From: a virus
Lineage: Duplodnaviria > Caudoviricetes
Reading direction: 5' to 3' (one strand)
DNA length: 64,000 bases
IMG/VR virus record: IMGVR_UViG_3300024520_000069
Span: 930-64,929 of that record
The translations under genes were made by a program, and so were the position numbers. Positions 49,225 through 58,411 of this stretch are shown here, one piece after another (within the stretch, counting starts at the first letter, position 1; each line of letters opens with the position of its first letter). Below the pieces are notes generated by a model. That model saw only the letters and a program-made list of their open reading frames with translations, ran no database searches and was not told where the DNA came from.

Positions 49225-50781
49225 TTAAGTACGCCAATATAACTTCTTCTTACGCCTCGGCATGTCATCTTCATCCTCATCGTAGGTTGGGTCTTCTGGA
49301 TGGAGGATGTTCCATGAGTCTTTGATGTAGAGGATGGCCATGGTCATGGCATCAACCTGATCATCATGGGGTGCGTTAGGGAACTGTAGGGACTCTGTAA
49401 TGAGCGTGGAGGCCCATTCTTTGTTCTCAGGTACATACACCCTCCCCGACTCCATTAGGGGCGTAGCAGCGTACACACGGGCCACCTTGTCCCTATCTGG
49501 GAGGTATTCCAAGACAGGTAAGCCAGCCCTCCTCAAATCCTGTATCAATGATTGGCCAGATGCCTTCTTCTCAATGATGCACATGTCAGGCTTGTGACGT
49601 TCATATAGCTCCTGAGCCTTACGCCTCAAGTCTGGGTACTCCAACCTCTCACAGAAGTTACCTAAGAGGATCATATTCCCCACAGTGTACTCATCACCAC
49701 CACTATCCACGTTAACATAGTAGAAGATACCCCATGTCTGGATTACAGTGTAGTCAGCTTGCTTGGATGTGGAGAAGGCAGTGTCATATGTTTGGATGAC
49801 GTACTCACAATAGGGTGGATCATCATCAGGCCATAGCTGGAACCAGTCCTTCTTAATGATACCACCTTCATCAGGGGTAGGGTCCTGCATGTAGAGGGCA
49901 TTCCAGTAGCGGGTACCATTACTTGCCTTGATCTCCTGCTCATCAATGGCCAATACCTCATCAGGCTTCCACTCTGGGAAGTAGGATGAGCCTTCAGGCA
50001 GGTCTAATAGCTCTGCTGCATCCCTATCAAGCCATGCAGGGATTGAGATGACCTCCCATTGGTTGGTCATGTCATTGTCAGCCTCTTGTTGGAGGAGCCA
50101 ACCACATAAGTCATCATAGTGGTAGCGTGTGTTGACGATTATGATGGCACCATTGGGCATGACACGAGTCCTTAGCCCTGCTGGGTACCATTCTTTGATG
50201 TATCTCCTACCTGCGGCACTGTATGAGTCTTCTTCGGACATGACATCGTCCAATATGGCTACGTGTGCTCCACGACCAGCAATTTGGGACTTAACACCAG
50301 CAGCATAGTAGGAGCCACCCTTGTTAGTCTTCCACTTACCAGCAGCTTTCACGTCTGCCTTGAGGGCTGTACCCCTGAATGACCTTGAGAATGATGATGT
50401 GTTGACTAAATCACGTACACTACGTCCAAAGTCTGATGAAAGTTGATCAGAGTGGGACACAGACATGATTTCATGGGATGGGTAGTTCCCCATATACCAT
50501 GCAGGGAACAATTTACTACATATAACACTCTTGGAACTACGTGGTGGTAGGAATACCATCAATCTTTTGACGTTACCATCAACAACACCCTGTAATTTCT
50601 CTGCTAAGAGCTTAACATGTGACCCCATGATGAAGTCAGGGACAACAAACTTAACTTCTTTGCGTATGAAGGTGAGGAAATCCTTGGATGCTGTGTAGTC
50701 TGTGTATTCTTGGAGGTAATGGTGGAGTTCAATATACTTATCTGCTGAACTTTTTGATATTTTATCTGTGGTTGAAGCCAT
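49225..50781 (-). CDS. terL: Terminase large subunit
   Basis: PPRSSKS, GRGAHVAILDD, YMQDP, YDTAFS, IEKKASG, HDDQVDA. Confidence 0.95.
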   Translation of the reverse strand: MASTTDKISKSSADKYIELHHYLQEYTDYTASKDFLTFIRKEVKFVVPDFIMGSHVKLLAEKLQGVVDGNVKRLMVFLPPRSSKSVICSKLFPAWYMGNYPSHEIMSVSHSDQLSSDFGRSVRDLVNTSSFSRSFRGTALKADVKAAGKWKTNKGGSYYAAGVKSQIAGRGAHVAILDDVMSEEDSYSAAGRRYIKEWYPAGLRTRVMPNGAIIIVNTRYHYDDLCGWLLQQEADNDMTNQWEVISIPAWLDRDAAELLDLPEGSSYFPEWKPDEVLAIDEQEIKASNGTRYWNALYMQDPTPDEGGIIKKDWFQLWPDDDPPYCEYVIQTYDTAFSTSKQADYTVIQTWGIFYYVNVDSGGDEYTVGNMILLGNFCERLEYPDLRRKAQELYERHKPDMCIIEKKASGQSLIQDLRRAGLPVLEYLPDRDKVARVYAATPLMESGRVYVPENKEWASTLITESLQFPNAPHDDQVDAMTMAILYIKDSWNILHPEDPTYDEDEDDMPRRKKKLYWRT

Positions 50782-51733
50782 TTATCTAGGTCTCTTGGTA
50801 CTTATGTTAAAAATATCTATATATGTTACCACATGTCCTATGGATGTCATAGCTTTAACCACACTTAGGAGCTTAACCCACCCAATAGGGGGAGACAAGA
50901 AGAATATTTCTATGAGTTGCCCTTGTGGGGGACAAAGAACCGTGCTATGCTATGCGTATATTAAGACAAAGTAGACCCTATAGGTATAGTATGTTATATG
51001 TATCTCTATATAGCTCTTCTATCTAACTATATTAAGCCTTATAGGGTAAAGGAAGATCAATAATAATGGTTAAATATATGTAGTTAGGGTTATAGATAAG
51101 TTCTCCCTAGACTCCCAAGACCTTTATAGACTTCCCATGTTACATAGTCTTACTAGCTATGTATAATCTCCTAATACATCCTTTACATTTTATGTGACAT
51201 ATGATCTTAGTATGTCTATGTAGGCTCGCCGTGTCAGCCATGGCTAGATGTGGACTATGTTGTCTCCCGTGTAAGGGGCATGGTCATGTTAAGCCGATTT
51301 TACTCAGTATGTTTCAGGGGTGGTATATATAAATATCGCTAGGCCTGTTCTTTTAGGTGGGGTCCACTATAAATCCAGCCATTACTTGCCATGTTTCCCG
51401 AGCCAAGTATAGACCAGCCTTGCTTTAAGTAGCCATGCCATGCCAGCCAAGTATAAGTATCACCATTACTTCGACTATACTTACAAGCCATGCCTGTTAA
51501 GCCATGCCAAGCCATGCCAATACTACCCTTGTATTACTTTCTACTAATACCGCCCCATGGTCTTGTCACTATTGATTACACTATAGCCCTGCCATATCAG
51601 CCTAACTTATTGATATCATTACATTCCCCATTACTACGCCATTGCATAGCCCACATAGTACAAAGCATATAACCCTAGCCTTATATGGTTACCCTATCCC
51701 TGCCTTATACTCACAATGACCATAACTAGCAAT

Positions 51734-51770
51734 GTTCCCGTTTCGTAGCCCGTCCGTTCCCATTTCGTTC
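51734..51770 (+). promoter_or_regulatory. Alphaproteobacterial LexA-box-like array
   Basis: GTTC-N7-GTAG-N7-GTTC-N7-GTTC at 51734/51745/51756/51767. Confidence 0.6.
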
Positions 51771-51833
51771 ACGGCTATTTAACAATGATTATTTAGTTTT
51801 ACACCAAGTAAACCGTGACAATAATGCAACAAA

Positions 51834-51842
51834 TGTGGATAA
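51834..51842 (-). promoter_or_regulatory. Perfect DnaA box (TTATCCACA)
   Basis: TGTGGATAA on + strand in the non-coding region. Confidence 0.4.
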
Positions 51843-51983
51843 CTCCTTCAAATAACGACAATTATCACGGCTTCGTGATCATTATTACCCTGTTTCAAGT
51901 TAACCCATGATTTGACATGAAAACCCACACTATATAGACAGACCCCGTTATCAATATTCACATCCATTTTAGGAGCTATCACC

Positions 51984-52916
51984 ATGACCTTAGATATCAG
52001 CAATTCAAACGTAGTTATAGAAGAGGCTAACATTGAAGCCGCGCCTTCTATTGAGGAACTGGCTATGGATAAGGCAGAAGCCATTAACAATGCCCAGCAC
52101 GTTGCTAATGTACAGGACACGGCAGAAGCGGAAGCCGCCGCCTTGGCCCGGCAGGAAGAGGCTACTTCCAAAGCCTTGGCCGTTGCCGTTGCTAAGGAAG
52201 AGGCAGAAGCCTTTAACCTGACAACACTGGCAACACTGGCCAAAGCCTCTTCCAAGGCTTCTACGCTAATTAGCGTCAACAAAACTACAGTGGCCAATGT
52301 ATCGGAAGAAGCGCGCCTGTTCTTCTTCTATGCTTTCCAAGCCGTCACCGCTAATAAGGAAGTGACTGGTGAAATGGTTACCAAGGCTCGCGAGCATTTT
52401 GGTAAGGACAGTGTCACATGGAAGACAGTCACCAGCCGTGCAAGTGAAGCCAAGGCAGTTTGGCTATACATCTCATGCAGTGGCAATCCTGCCATTGAGA
52501 TAGAAAAGACCGACAGGCAGGAAGGCTTCACTATTGACGGTACATTTGACCCTGTGACTTGTCCTTTGGCCATGTCAACAATAGCCAAGGCTATCAGAGA
52601 CGCTGGGAAAGCCGTTGAGGCAAAGGAAAACCAATACAGTAACAAAGAGAGTGAAGCGCTTGAAGCCTTCCGGGTTGTCAATCCTGCCTTGGCCAAGTTG
52701 AGTGACGTTGAATTGAAAGACTTGGCGTTCCATGACGATAAAGCCAAGCGGGTTAACGCCATTGTTGACGGCTTTGACGCCATGGCAGAAGCAGAAGCCG
52801 CTAGGGTAGCAGAAGCAGAAGCAGTTGCGGAATACGAAGCCTTGACCGCTATCTTCAAGCGCTTCCCAAATGAAAAGGCATTTGCCAAGGCGCTTAAAGC
52901 CTTCAAGGCAGACTAA
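51984..52916 (+). CDS. First early gene; Ala/Glu-rich protein of unknown function
   Basis: AGGAG RBS, 310 aa, hairpins downstream. Confidence 0.85.
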   Translation: MTLDISNSNVVIEEANIEAAPSIEELAMDKAEAINNAQHVANVQDTAEAEAAALARQEEATSKALAVAVAKEEAEAFNLTTLATLAKASSKASTLISVNKTTVANVSEEARLFFFYAFQAVTANKEVTGEMVTKAREHFGKDSVTWKTVTSRASEAKAVWLYISCSGNPAIEIEKTDRQEGFTIDGTFDPVTCPLAMSTIAKAIRDAGKAVEAKENQYSNKESEALEAFRVVNPALAKLSDVELKDLAFHDDKAKRVNAIVDGFDAMAEAEAARVAEAEAVAEYEALTAIFKRFPNEKAFAKALKAFKAD

Positions 52917-53032
52917 ACCGTCACCATATAGCAGGGCTGGCTAACGGCTAGCCTTGCCACGCCATAGGTTATGGCCAAGCATAGGGTGCTTTGTGTCCTA
53001 TGCTTTGCCATGTCTTATCAGGATTGATTGCC

Positions 53033-53083
53033 CTACGCTAATTAGCGTCAATAATTACCCTGCCCTACGCTAATTAGCGTCAA
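53033..53083. repeat. Two copies of CTACGCTAATTAGCGTCAA (third copy at 52261-52279)
   Basis: Exact 19-bp repeats containing the 14-bp palindrome ACGCTAATTAGCGT. Confidence 0.9.
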
Positions 53084-53102
53084 CTATTACAAGGAAATAC
53101 CT

Positions 53103-53366
53103 ATGCCTAAACAATTGTCCTATGAAACAGAGCGATATCTGCAAGGAAACCATGAACCGGATTACCCTGTTCAATCTGCCTTACAGGTAAAACAAACTGA
53201 TATGTTTGTCAGTGTTACTTGTGACAGGCAGGTCAAGGCCAAGGCCAAGGCCAACAAAGACAGGCGTAATGATATCAATAGGCTTCGATCATTGAGGCTT
53301 AAACAGGAGCAATTGAGTCGTGACATTATGTCAAAATTATTCACAAACTTAGAGGGAATATTATAG
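53103..53366 (+). CDS. Hypothetical early protein
   Basis: AAGGA RBS. Confidence 0.65.
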   Translation: MPKQLSYETERYLQGNHEPDYPVQSALQVKQTDMFVSVTCDRQVKAKAKANKDRRNDINRLRSLRLKQEQLSRDIMSKLFTNLEGIL

Positions 53367-53594
53367 ATGGATCAGAATAAATTCTTCCATGGTTTAAAAT
53401 CTATTGGCTATAGGAGGGCTGGTAGTGATGGCATGGCTAAACTATTCAATGCTAGAACAGGCCACACTAAGCACGTGATAGCCCGGCATGGTAAAGTGTT
53501 TGTCATCCTCAAAGATAATGTTCATAGGGTAGTGGACAGGACAGAGTTTGATAGCGTTGATCATGCGGTCAAGTCTATGTTCCCTAACGGATAA
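53367..53594 (+). CDS. Hypothetical early protein
   Basis: RBS, packing. Confidence 0.65.
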   Translation: MDQNKFFHGLKSIGYRRAGSDGMAKLFNARTGHTKHVIARHGKVFVILKDNVHRVVDRTEFDSVDHAVKSMFPNG

Positions 53595-53732
53595 GGGTAT
53601 TTGATATGACAAACAGGGCATGGTATGTGATGCCCTGCCCTTCGATTTATGCTTATAGGTTAAAGTTAGGGGATATGTATAGTTGTGACATGTCCCCTTT
53701 CTTTTATCTATAAACTTAAAGGAGAATAGATC

Positions 53733-53984
53733 ATGAAGTTCAATGATATGTTAAGTACCATAAGCAAGGTCAATGATGACCGGCTTGTGTATGTCAGGTG
53801 TTGGGAGAATAGCGAAGATGAAGGCTTCAATGACTATGAAGTCTATGAACAATCCAAGAGATGGGTTCACTCCTACTATGCTGATGGCGGGACGTGGACC
53901 TACCTTCCCCCACAAATGATGATAGACAGCTACACTATGCCATATCGGGAGTACCGTACTAAATACAGGTATGGAGAGCCATGA
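53733..53984 (+). CDS. Hypothetical early protein
   Basis: AAGGAG RBS after a terminator-like hairpin. Confidence 0.65.
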   Translation: MKFNDMLSTISKVNDDRLVYVRCWENSEDEGFNDYEVYEQSKRWVHSYYADGGTWTYLPPQMMIDSYTMPYREYRTKYRYGEP

Positions 53985-54078
53985 CATGTCCACCCTGTCC
54001 AAGGCCAAGAACTTTCGTAAGGCTTTAAAGGCCCAGCATATCATGGCTGGCTAATTCTGCTTTGCCTATCATAGGAGT

Positions 54079-54339
54079 GTGATAGGCTTGGCAGAGTTAA
54101 TCATACACATGGAGTTGATAGGAGTATGGAAGGACATGCCCAACACACAACGAAGCATTGACTACCTCAATCATGAACTGTGGTTGAGGCATAGTAAATT
54201 TTATCTCCAGTTCAGTAATGATGTTGGGCTTGGTGTGAGCGCCGTTGACTATGATGGTGAGGAAGTTGATTGGTATCTTGATGCCAACACTGCATCCTTT
54301 GCTGTCTATGATGGCACCTTTAGCATGGGAGTTGAATGA
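54079..54339 (+). CDS. Hypothetical early protein
   Basis: AGGAG RBS, GTG start. Confidence 0.55.
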   Translation: MIGLAELIIHMELIGVWKDMPNTQRSIDYLNHELWLRHSKFYLQFSNDVGLGVSAVDYDGEEVDWYLDANTASFAVYDGTFSMGVE

Positions 54340-54340
54340 T

Positions 54341-55012
54341 ATGGAAGTTAATGGGTATACTATTAAACCAGAGGCTGACCTTAGTAGAGCTAACCTTAAT
54401 GGAGCCGACCTTAGACGGGCTAACCTTAATGGAGCCGACCTTAGACGGGCTAACCTTAATGGAGCCGACCTTAATGGAGCCGACCTTAATGGAGCCGACC
54501 TTAGTGGAGCCGACCTTAGACGGGCTAACCTTAATGGAGCCGACCTTAATGGAGCCGACCTTAGATGGGCTAACTTTTATGGAGCCGACCTTAGTAGAGC
54601 TAACCTTAATGGAGCCGACCTTAGATGGGCTAACCTTAATGGAGCCGACTTTAGTAGAGCCGACCTTAGACGGGCTAACTTTTATGGAGCCGACCTTAAT
54701 GGAGCCGACCTTAGACGGGCTAACTTTTATGGAGCCGACTTTAGTGGAGCTAACCTTAATGGAGCTGACCTTAGTAGAGCTAGCCTTCAAGATACTAAAG
54801 GTATCATATCTGTATCAGGTGCAGTATCTTTTTTGTATGATAGGTTTGCTTATAAATATGATGGGGTTATCTACATCAAGTCAGGGTGTAGGAACTTCAC
54901 CATTGAAGAAGCAAGGGATCACTGGAACCCTGAAACATCAAAAGCCACTAATGCTGCTGCTAAATTGAGGGCAGCAGAGTATCTTTACACTGAAGCGAAG
55001 GAGTTACTTTGA
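54341..55012 (+). CDS. Pentapeptide repeat protein with GCRNF C-terminal domain
   Basis: A[DN]Lxx repeats from near-perfect 15-nt DNA units; IKSGCRNFTIEEARDHW. Confidence 0.92.
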   Translation: MEVNGYTIKPEADLSRANLNGADLRRANLNGADLRRANLNGADLNGADLNGADLSGADLRRANLNGADLNGADLRWANFYGADLSRANLNGADLRWANLNGADFSRADLRRANFYGADLNGADLRRANFYGADFSGANLNGADLSRASLQDTKGIISVSGAVSFLYDRFAYKYDGVIYIKSGCRNFTIEEARDHWNPETSKATNAAAKLRAAEYLYTEAKELL

Positions 55013-55013
55013 T

Positions 55014-55193
55014 ATGTTGATAACTAATACTTCAATCTTCACAGGTCAGGAGAATACCATTGACCTTGATGTGACACAGGAACAAATCAATGCGTGGCAT
55101 GATGGTGTCCCTATCCAACGTGCCATGCCTAACCTCACCATTGATGAATGTGAGTTCATCATGACAGGTAATGACTGGAATATGTATGAGTAA
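55014..55193 (+). CDS. Conserved small phage protein (MLITNTSIFTG..IQRAMPNLT..EFIMTG)
   Basis: AAGGAG RBS; 59 aa, missed by ORF track. Confidence 0.75.
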   Translation: MLITNTSIFTGQENTIDLDVTQEQINAWHDGVPIQRAMPNLTIDECEFIMTGNDWNMYE

Positions 55194-55290
55194 CATTATC
55201 AATACACCACTAGGCTTCATGATTGAGGCCGCTATACTTGGGACTGTCATAGTGATAGCCCTCATTATCTTTTGAAAAGGAATATGTATC

Positions 55291-55584
55291 ATGTCTAAGA
55301 TTGTAATCATGACTGCCAAGGAAGTTAAAGCTCAGCTTAAAAATATTCGTGCTGCTGGGCACAACGCCAAGCCTCGCCGTCGTCAGTATAGCATTGCCTT
55401 CAAGCGGCAGGTTGCTGAGATGCATGTCACATATGGGGTGCCAGTTATTAAACTGGTTGAGACTAACAACACATCAGGCTGTAACATCTATAACTGGGTC
55501 AAAGACTATAAGTCTGGTGCCTTGCAGGAACAGTTCGCTGTATCGAAATCGCGCAAGCGGCAGTATCTCAATCGTGTAGCATAG
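55291..55584 (+). CDS. Stand-alone HTH protein resembling the IS3 OrfA domain
   Basis: RRQYSIAFKRQVA..IYNWVKDY. Confidence 0.7.
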   Translation: MSKIVIMTAKEVKAQLKNIRAAGHNAKPRRRQYSIAFKRQVAEMHVTYGVPVIKLVETNNTSGCNIYNWVKDYKSGALQEQFAVSKSRKRQYLNRVA

Positions 55585-55659
55585 CATAGCTTAGTTAAGC
55601 TAGGTTTGCCTTGTCCCACCATAGACAAGGCTTGCCTAACTTTATTAGGGGTATATCCT

Positions 55660-55830
55660 ATGGATCAGAAAACTTACAAGAGGTTATCAGGTAAGCATGT
55701 CGGTATCGGTGGGATTAAGTGTCCATGCTGTGCTTTAAAGGATAAGCACCGTGAGAAAACCTTGGCTTCAAGGTATGTAAGACATACCCTTAAAGATAAA
55801 CTTATGGAGGAGTATAAACAGGATGTCTGA
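55660..55830 (+). CDS. Small basic protein with CPCC motif
   Basis: GIGGIKCPCC. Confidence 0.65.
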   Translation: MDQKTYKRLSGKHVGIGGIKCPCCALKDKHREKTLASRYVRHTLKDKLMEEYKQDV

Positions 55831-56038
55831 TGATAAACTCTTAGTCCTGTCTGGTAAGACAGGCTATGGTAAGCATAGGATTAGGGAGCATGGCGTTGCT
55901 TGGCTAGTCCTAAAGGATCAACCCAAACCCGTCATTGACAGGACAGTAGTACGCTCTATCAGGACAGGTGATGAGAGGTGGATCATGCTCAATGATGACC
56001 CACATTTTAATGTAGTTAGTACTACATGGAAGGAATAG
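55823..56038 (+). CDS. Hypothetical protein
   Basis: GGAGG RBS. Confidence 0.7.
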   Translation: MSDDKLLVLSGKTGYGKHRIREHGVAWLVLKDQPKPVIDRTVVRSIRTGDERWIMLNDDPHFNVVSTTWKE

Positions 56039-56230
56039 TAGGGTGATAGTCATGACACAACGTAAGGATAATGGTGGTAAGGGCAGGGTATTTAAAATAC
56101 GTAGTCCTATCGTTCCACGATCTCATATAGCACAGCACCTTCGTAAGAAGGGTCATCATGTTGAGCCTGACATGAAACGTAAGGCATCTAAGGATGCTTG
56201 TCGTAACAAGATAGATGTGAAGGAGTACCA

Positions 56231-56923
56231 ATGACATACAAGCAAGGTGAACTAGAGTTCAGGTGGTGTGATGACATAGGTATGTTCGCCTTTGATCGCC
56301 CCATCCATGACATACCAGAAGAGGGTATCGAAGGATCATGTGAACATAAGACTACATACTGTGCTGACCACTGCTATAACAACAAGTTATACAAGCTATA
56401 CCCTGACATGTACAAGAGGGATGTACGTAATGAGTTGGCATGGCAAGCTGTTGATGGTGTGGCTATTAAGGCACAGTTGAATAGGAAACGTAGGTCAACC
56501 CAAAGGATTAGGGGATGCACCAGAGGTGAGAACTTCAAGGATGTGTCTGACATCTCTAGGTGGATGGATATCCTATACCATAATCCACATACAGACTGGT
56601 GGATGCCTACCAAGGCATGGCGTGACCCATTACTATACCAATACATCATGAAGTGTATCAAGCCACATCCTAATGTGGTGGTGCTTGCATCGACTGACCT
56701 TACCACACATAAGGATGATTGGGATGGATTGGTATACCATGGCTGGTCTACCATGTTCTTTGGGGATAATGATATGACCCATCTCCATGATGGTAAGGCC
56801 ATGTTCAAGTGTCCCAAGACATGGAAGGATAACATGGATGGTCACTGTGATATCTGTAAGGCTGGTTGCTTTAGGGAGTTGACCTTGGCCGATACTGTTC
56901 ACGTACATTTGAAGGAGCACTAA
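56231..56923 (+). CDS. Gp88-like Cys-cluster (radical-SAM-related) protein
   Basis: C-x6-C-x3-CY, WWMPTK, CP..C..C..C C-term. Confidence 0.7.
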   Translation: MTYKQGELEFRWCDDIGMFAFDRPIHDIPEEGIEGSCEHKTTYCADHCYNNKLYKLYPDMYKRDVRNELAWQAVDGVAIKAQLNRKRRSTQRIRGCTRGENFKDVSDISRWMDILYHNPHTDWWMPTKAWRDPLLYQYIMKCIKPHPNVVVLASTDLTTHKDDWDGLVYHGWSTMFFGDNDMTHLHDGKAMFKCPKTWKDNMDGHCDICKAGCFRELTLADTVHVHLKEH

Positions 56924-56924
56924 C

Positions 56925-57158
56925 ATGCTCCATAAACAACGGAGGACCACTATCGTGATGTGTTTCAAAGACAAGACGTTCTGCTGGGTTGATGACTGTC
57001 TTACTAAGGACTGTCATCGTAACTTTAATATTAATGGTGAGCTACATGATGAGGCTGTATACTGGTGGGGTGGTGATGATTATCCCCTTGCCATGTCAGA
57101 TTTTAGTAGTACCTGTGACAGTTATGTCACTACATCAAAGGAGTTGGTCAATGACTAA
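56925..57158 (+). CDS. Cys-rich hypothetical protein
   Basis: MCFKDKTFC..C..CHR. Confidence 0.65.
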   Translation: MLHKQRRTTIVMCFKDKTFCWVDDCLTKDCHRNFNINGELHDEAVYWWGGDDYPLAMSDFSSTCDSYVTTSKELVND

Positions 57159-57468
57159 GAAAGTTATTATGTTAATCGTTGTGGTAATTTTATCACATGC
57201 CATGTTCACCCTCACTGAGGCACAAGCACAAGGTAAACCCCTATGTGGTAAACGTGCTGACATGTTGAAGGAAGTGTATAAGTATAGGGAGTTGCCTACC
57301 ATTAGGGCTATAGCCAAGGGTAAAGAATGGATGCTTGAGGTATGGGCTAACCGTAGTACAGGTACATGGACCCTGTTACGTACCAACACTAAAGGTATGA
57401 CATGCTTCATCGTGGCAGGTGACTCATACATGGAGATGCCTATCCCTAAGACAGGTAAGGGTAGCTGA
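57151..57468 (+). CDS. Secreted/periplasmic protein, alphaproteobacterial type
   Basis: Signal peptide ending AQA; CGKR..E..GTWTLL..C...G pattern. Confidence 0.7.
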   Translation: MTKKVIMLIVVVILSHAMFTLTEAQAQGKPLCGKRADMLKEVYKYRELPTIRAIAKGKEWMLEVWANRSTGTWTLLRTNTKGMTCFIVAGDSYMEMPIPKTGKGS

Positions 57469-57496
57469 TACATCTATAACTTAAGGAGTATAGCTA

Positions 57497-57706
57497 ATGT
57501 TTAGTGATACATACTGGAATGACTTCACCGATGAACAACATGCTGAGTATCGTGCTGAGTTTGTACGTAGCTGGGTATATGAGACAGGATGTAGTGAGGA
57601 TAGTGCAGAGATGGCCTATGAACAGTTCCTTAATCAGGAAGGCTGGCACAACCATGATAAGTGGGTTGATATCCGGCAAGGATCAAAGGAGTATGTAATA
57701 GTATGA
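57497..57706 (+). CDS. Hypothetical protein
   Basis: AAGGAG RBS. Confidence 0.65.
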   Translation: MFSDTYWNDFTDEQHAEYRAEFVRSWVYETGCSEDSAEMAYEQFLNQEGWHNHDKWVDIRQGSKEYVIV

Positions 57707-57906
57707 AAGCATATGAAGTATTGGGTAGTGCCTATGGTGACCCGCACTATGACAGGACTGGCCTGTTCTACTTTGACAAGGCACACGCTGACTATAGGGC
57801 AACCGAGATGACCTTGGCTAGTGAGTACTGGCATTACAAGGTAAGTCCTATTGATATACACTCAACCCTTAGTAAGGAGGATGTTAAAGATGCAGAACCT
57901 AGCTAA
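57703..57906 (+). CDS. Hypothetical protein
   Basis: RBS, ATGA overlap. Confidence 0.65.
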   Translation: MKAYEVLGSAYGDPHYDRTGLFYFDKAHADYRATEMTLASEYWHYKVSPIDIHSTLSKEDVKDAEPS

Positions 57907-58204
57907 AGAGACTCGCGCCACACTTGTCAAGTACGGCAAGGGCCCTTGTGATGTGAAGCATATCACTGATGGGTATAACTGGTGTTCATGGTGGGAGTTC
58001 CTAAAGGTATCCGACATTGACTATGACGGTGGGTTTAGATGTGCTGAGATTAACACATCCCTCAAAATTGTAGGTGATGGATGGTGGCTTGAACGTGGTG
58101 AGTATGATGGTGCTGAATGGTGGGTATTTAAAACCATGCCAGTCATGCCTGAACTTGAGGGTGTTGTACAGATTATGGAGGATACTGATAGTTATGATAC
58201 GTAA
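57890..58204 (+). CDS. Conserved phage protein (YDGG..WLERGEYDGAEWW)
   Basis: AAGGAGG RBS, motif. Confidence 0.75.
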   Translation: MQNLAKETRATLVKYGKGPCDVKHITDGYNWCSWWEFLKVSDIDYDGGFRCAEINTSLKIVGDGWWLERGEYDGAEWWVFKTMPVMPELEGVVQIMEDTDSYDT

Positions 58205-58409
58205 AAGTCGTGAGGATATTTGGATTGAGACAGAAGAACGCCTCTATGAGGAGGCTAAGGATGATGACATGACTGATGCAGAGGCTGAAGTCTATGTCGC
58301 CAGACATATTAATGCTGAGGTAGAGGAGTACTATAATGGCTATGGTGATTACCTCTATGATCAGTATAAAGATAGGATGATGGAAGCTGAAGAAATCTTA
58401 GGAGAATAA
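58194..58409 (+). CDS. Acidic small protein
   Basis: GGAGG RBS; D/E-rich. Confidence 0.65.
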   Translation: MIRKSREDIWIETEERLYEEAKDDDMTDAEAEVYVARHINAEVEEYYNGYGDYLYDQYKDRMMEAEEILGE

Positions 58410-58411
58410 TC

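Larger units (their letters stand above)
50782..51983. other. Large divergent non-coding region; probable genome termini/origin
   Basis: No credible ORFs; AT-rich part and short repeats (AGCCATGCC, GCCAAGTATA, CCATTACTT). Confidence 0.6.

Noticed and set aside
50782-51983. Full CtrA boxes (TTAA-N7-TTAA); small ORFs 50768-50974 and 51490-51672
   Set aside because: Only half-sites or wrong spacing found; the ORFs lack RBSs and coding character
54370-54790. CRISPR array
   Set aside because: 15-nt units without unique spacers; they encode pentapeptide repeats. The Cas4-like gene is a common solo phage exonuclease
54320-54968. Alternative-frame and antisense ORFs over the pentapeptide gene
   Set aside because: Shadows of a stop-free DNA repeat
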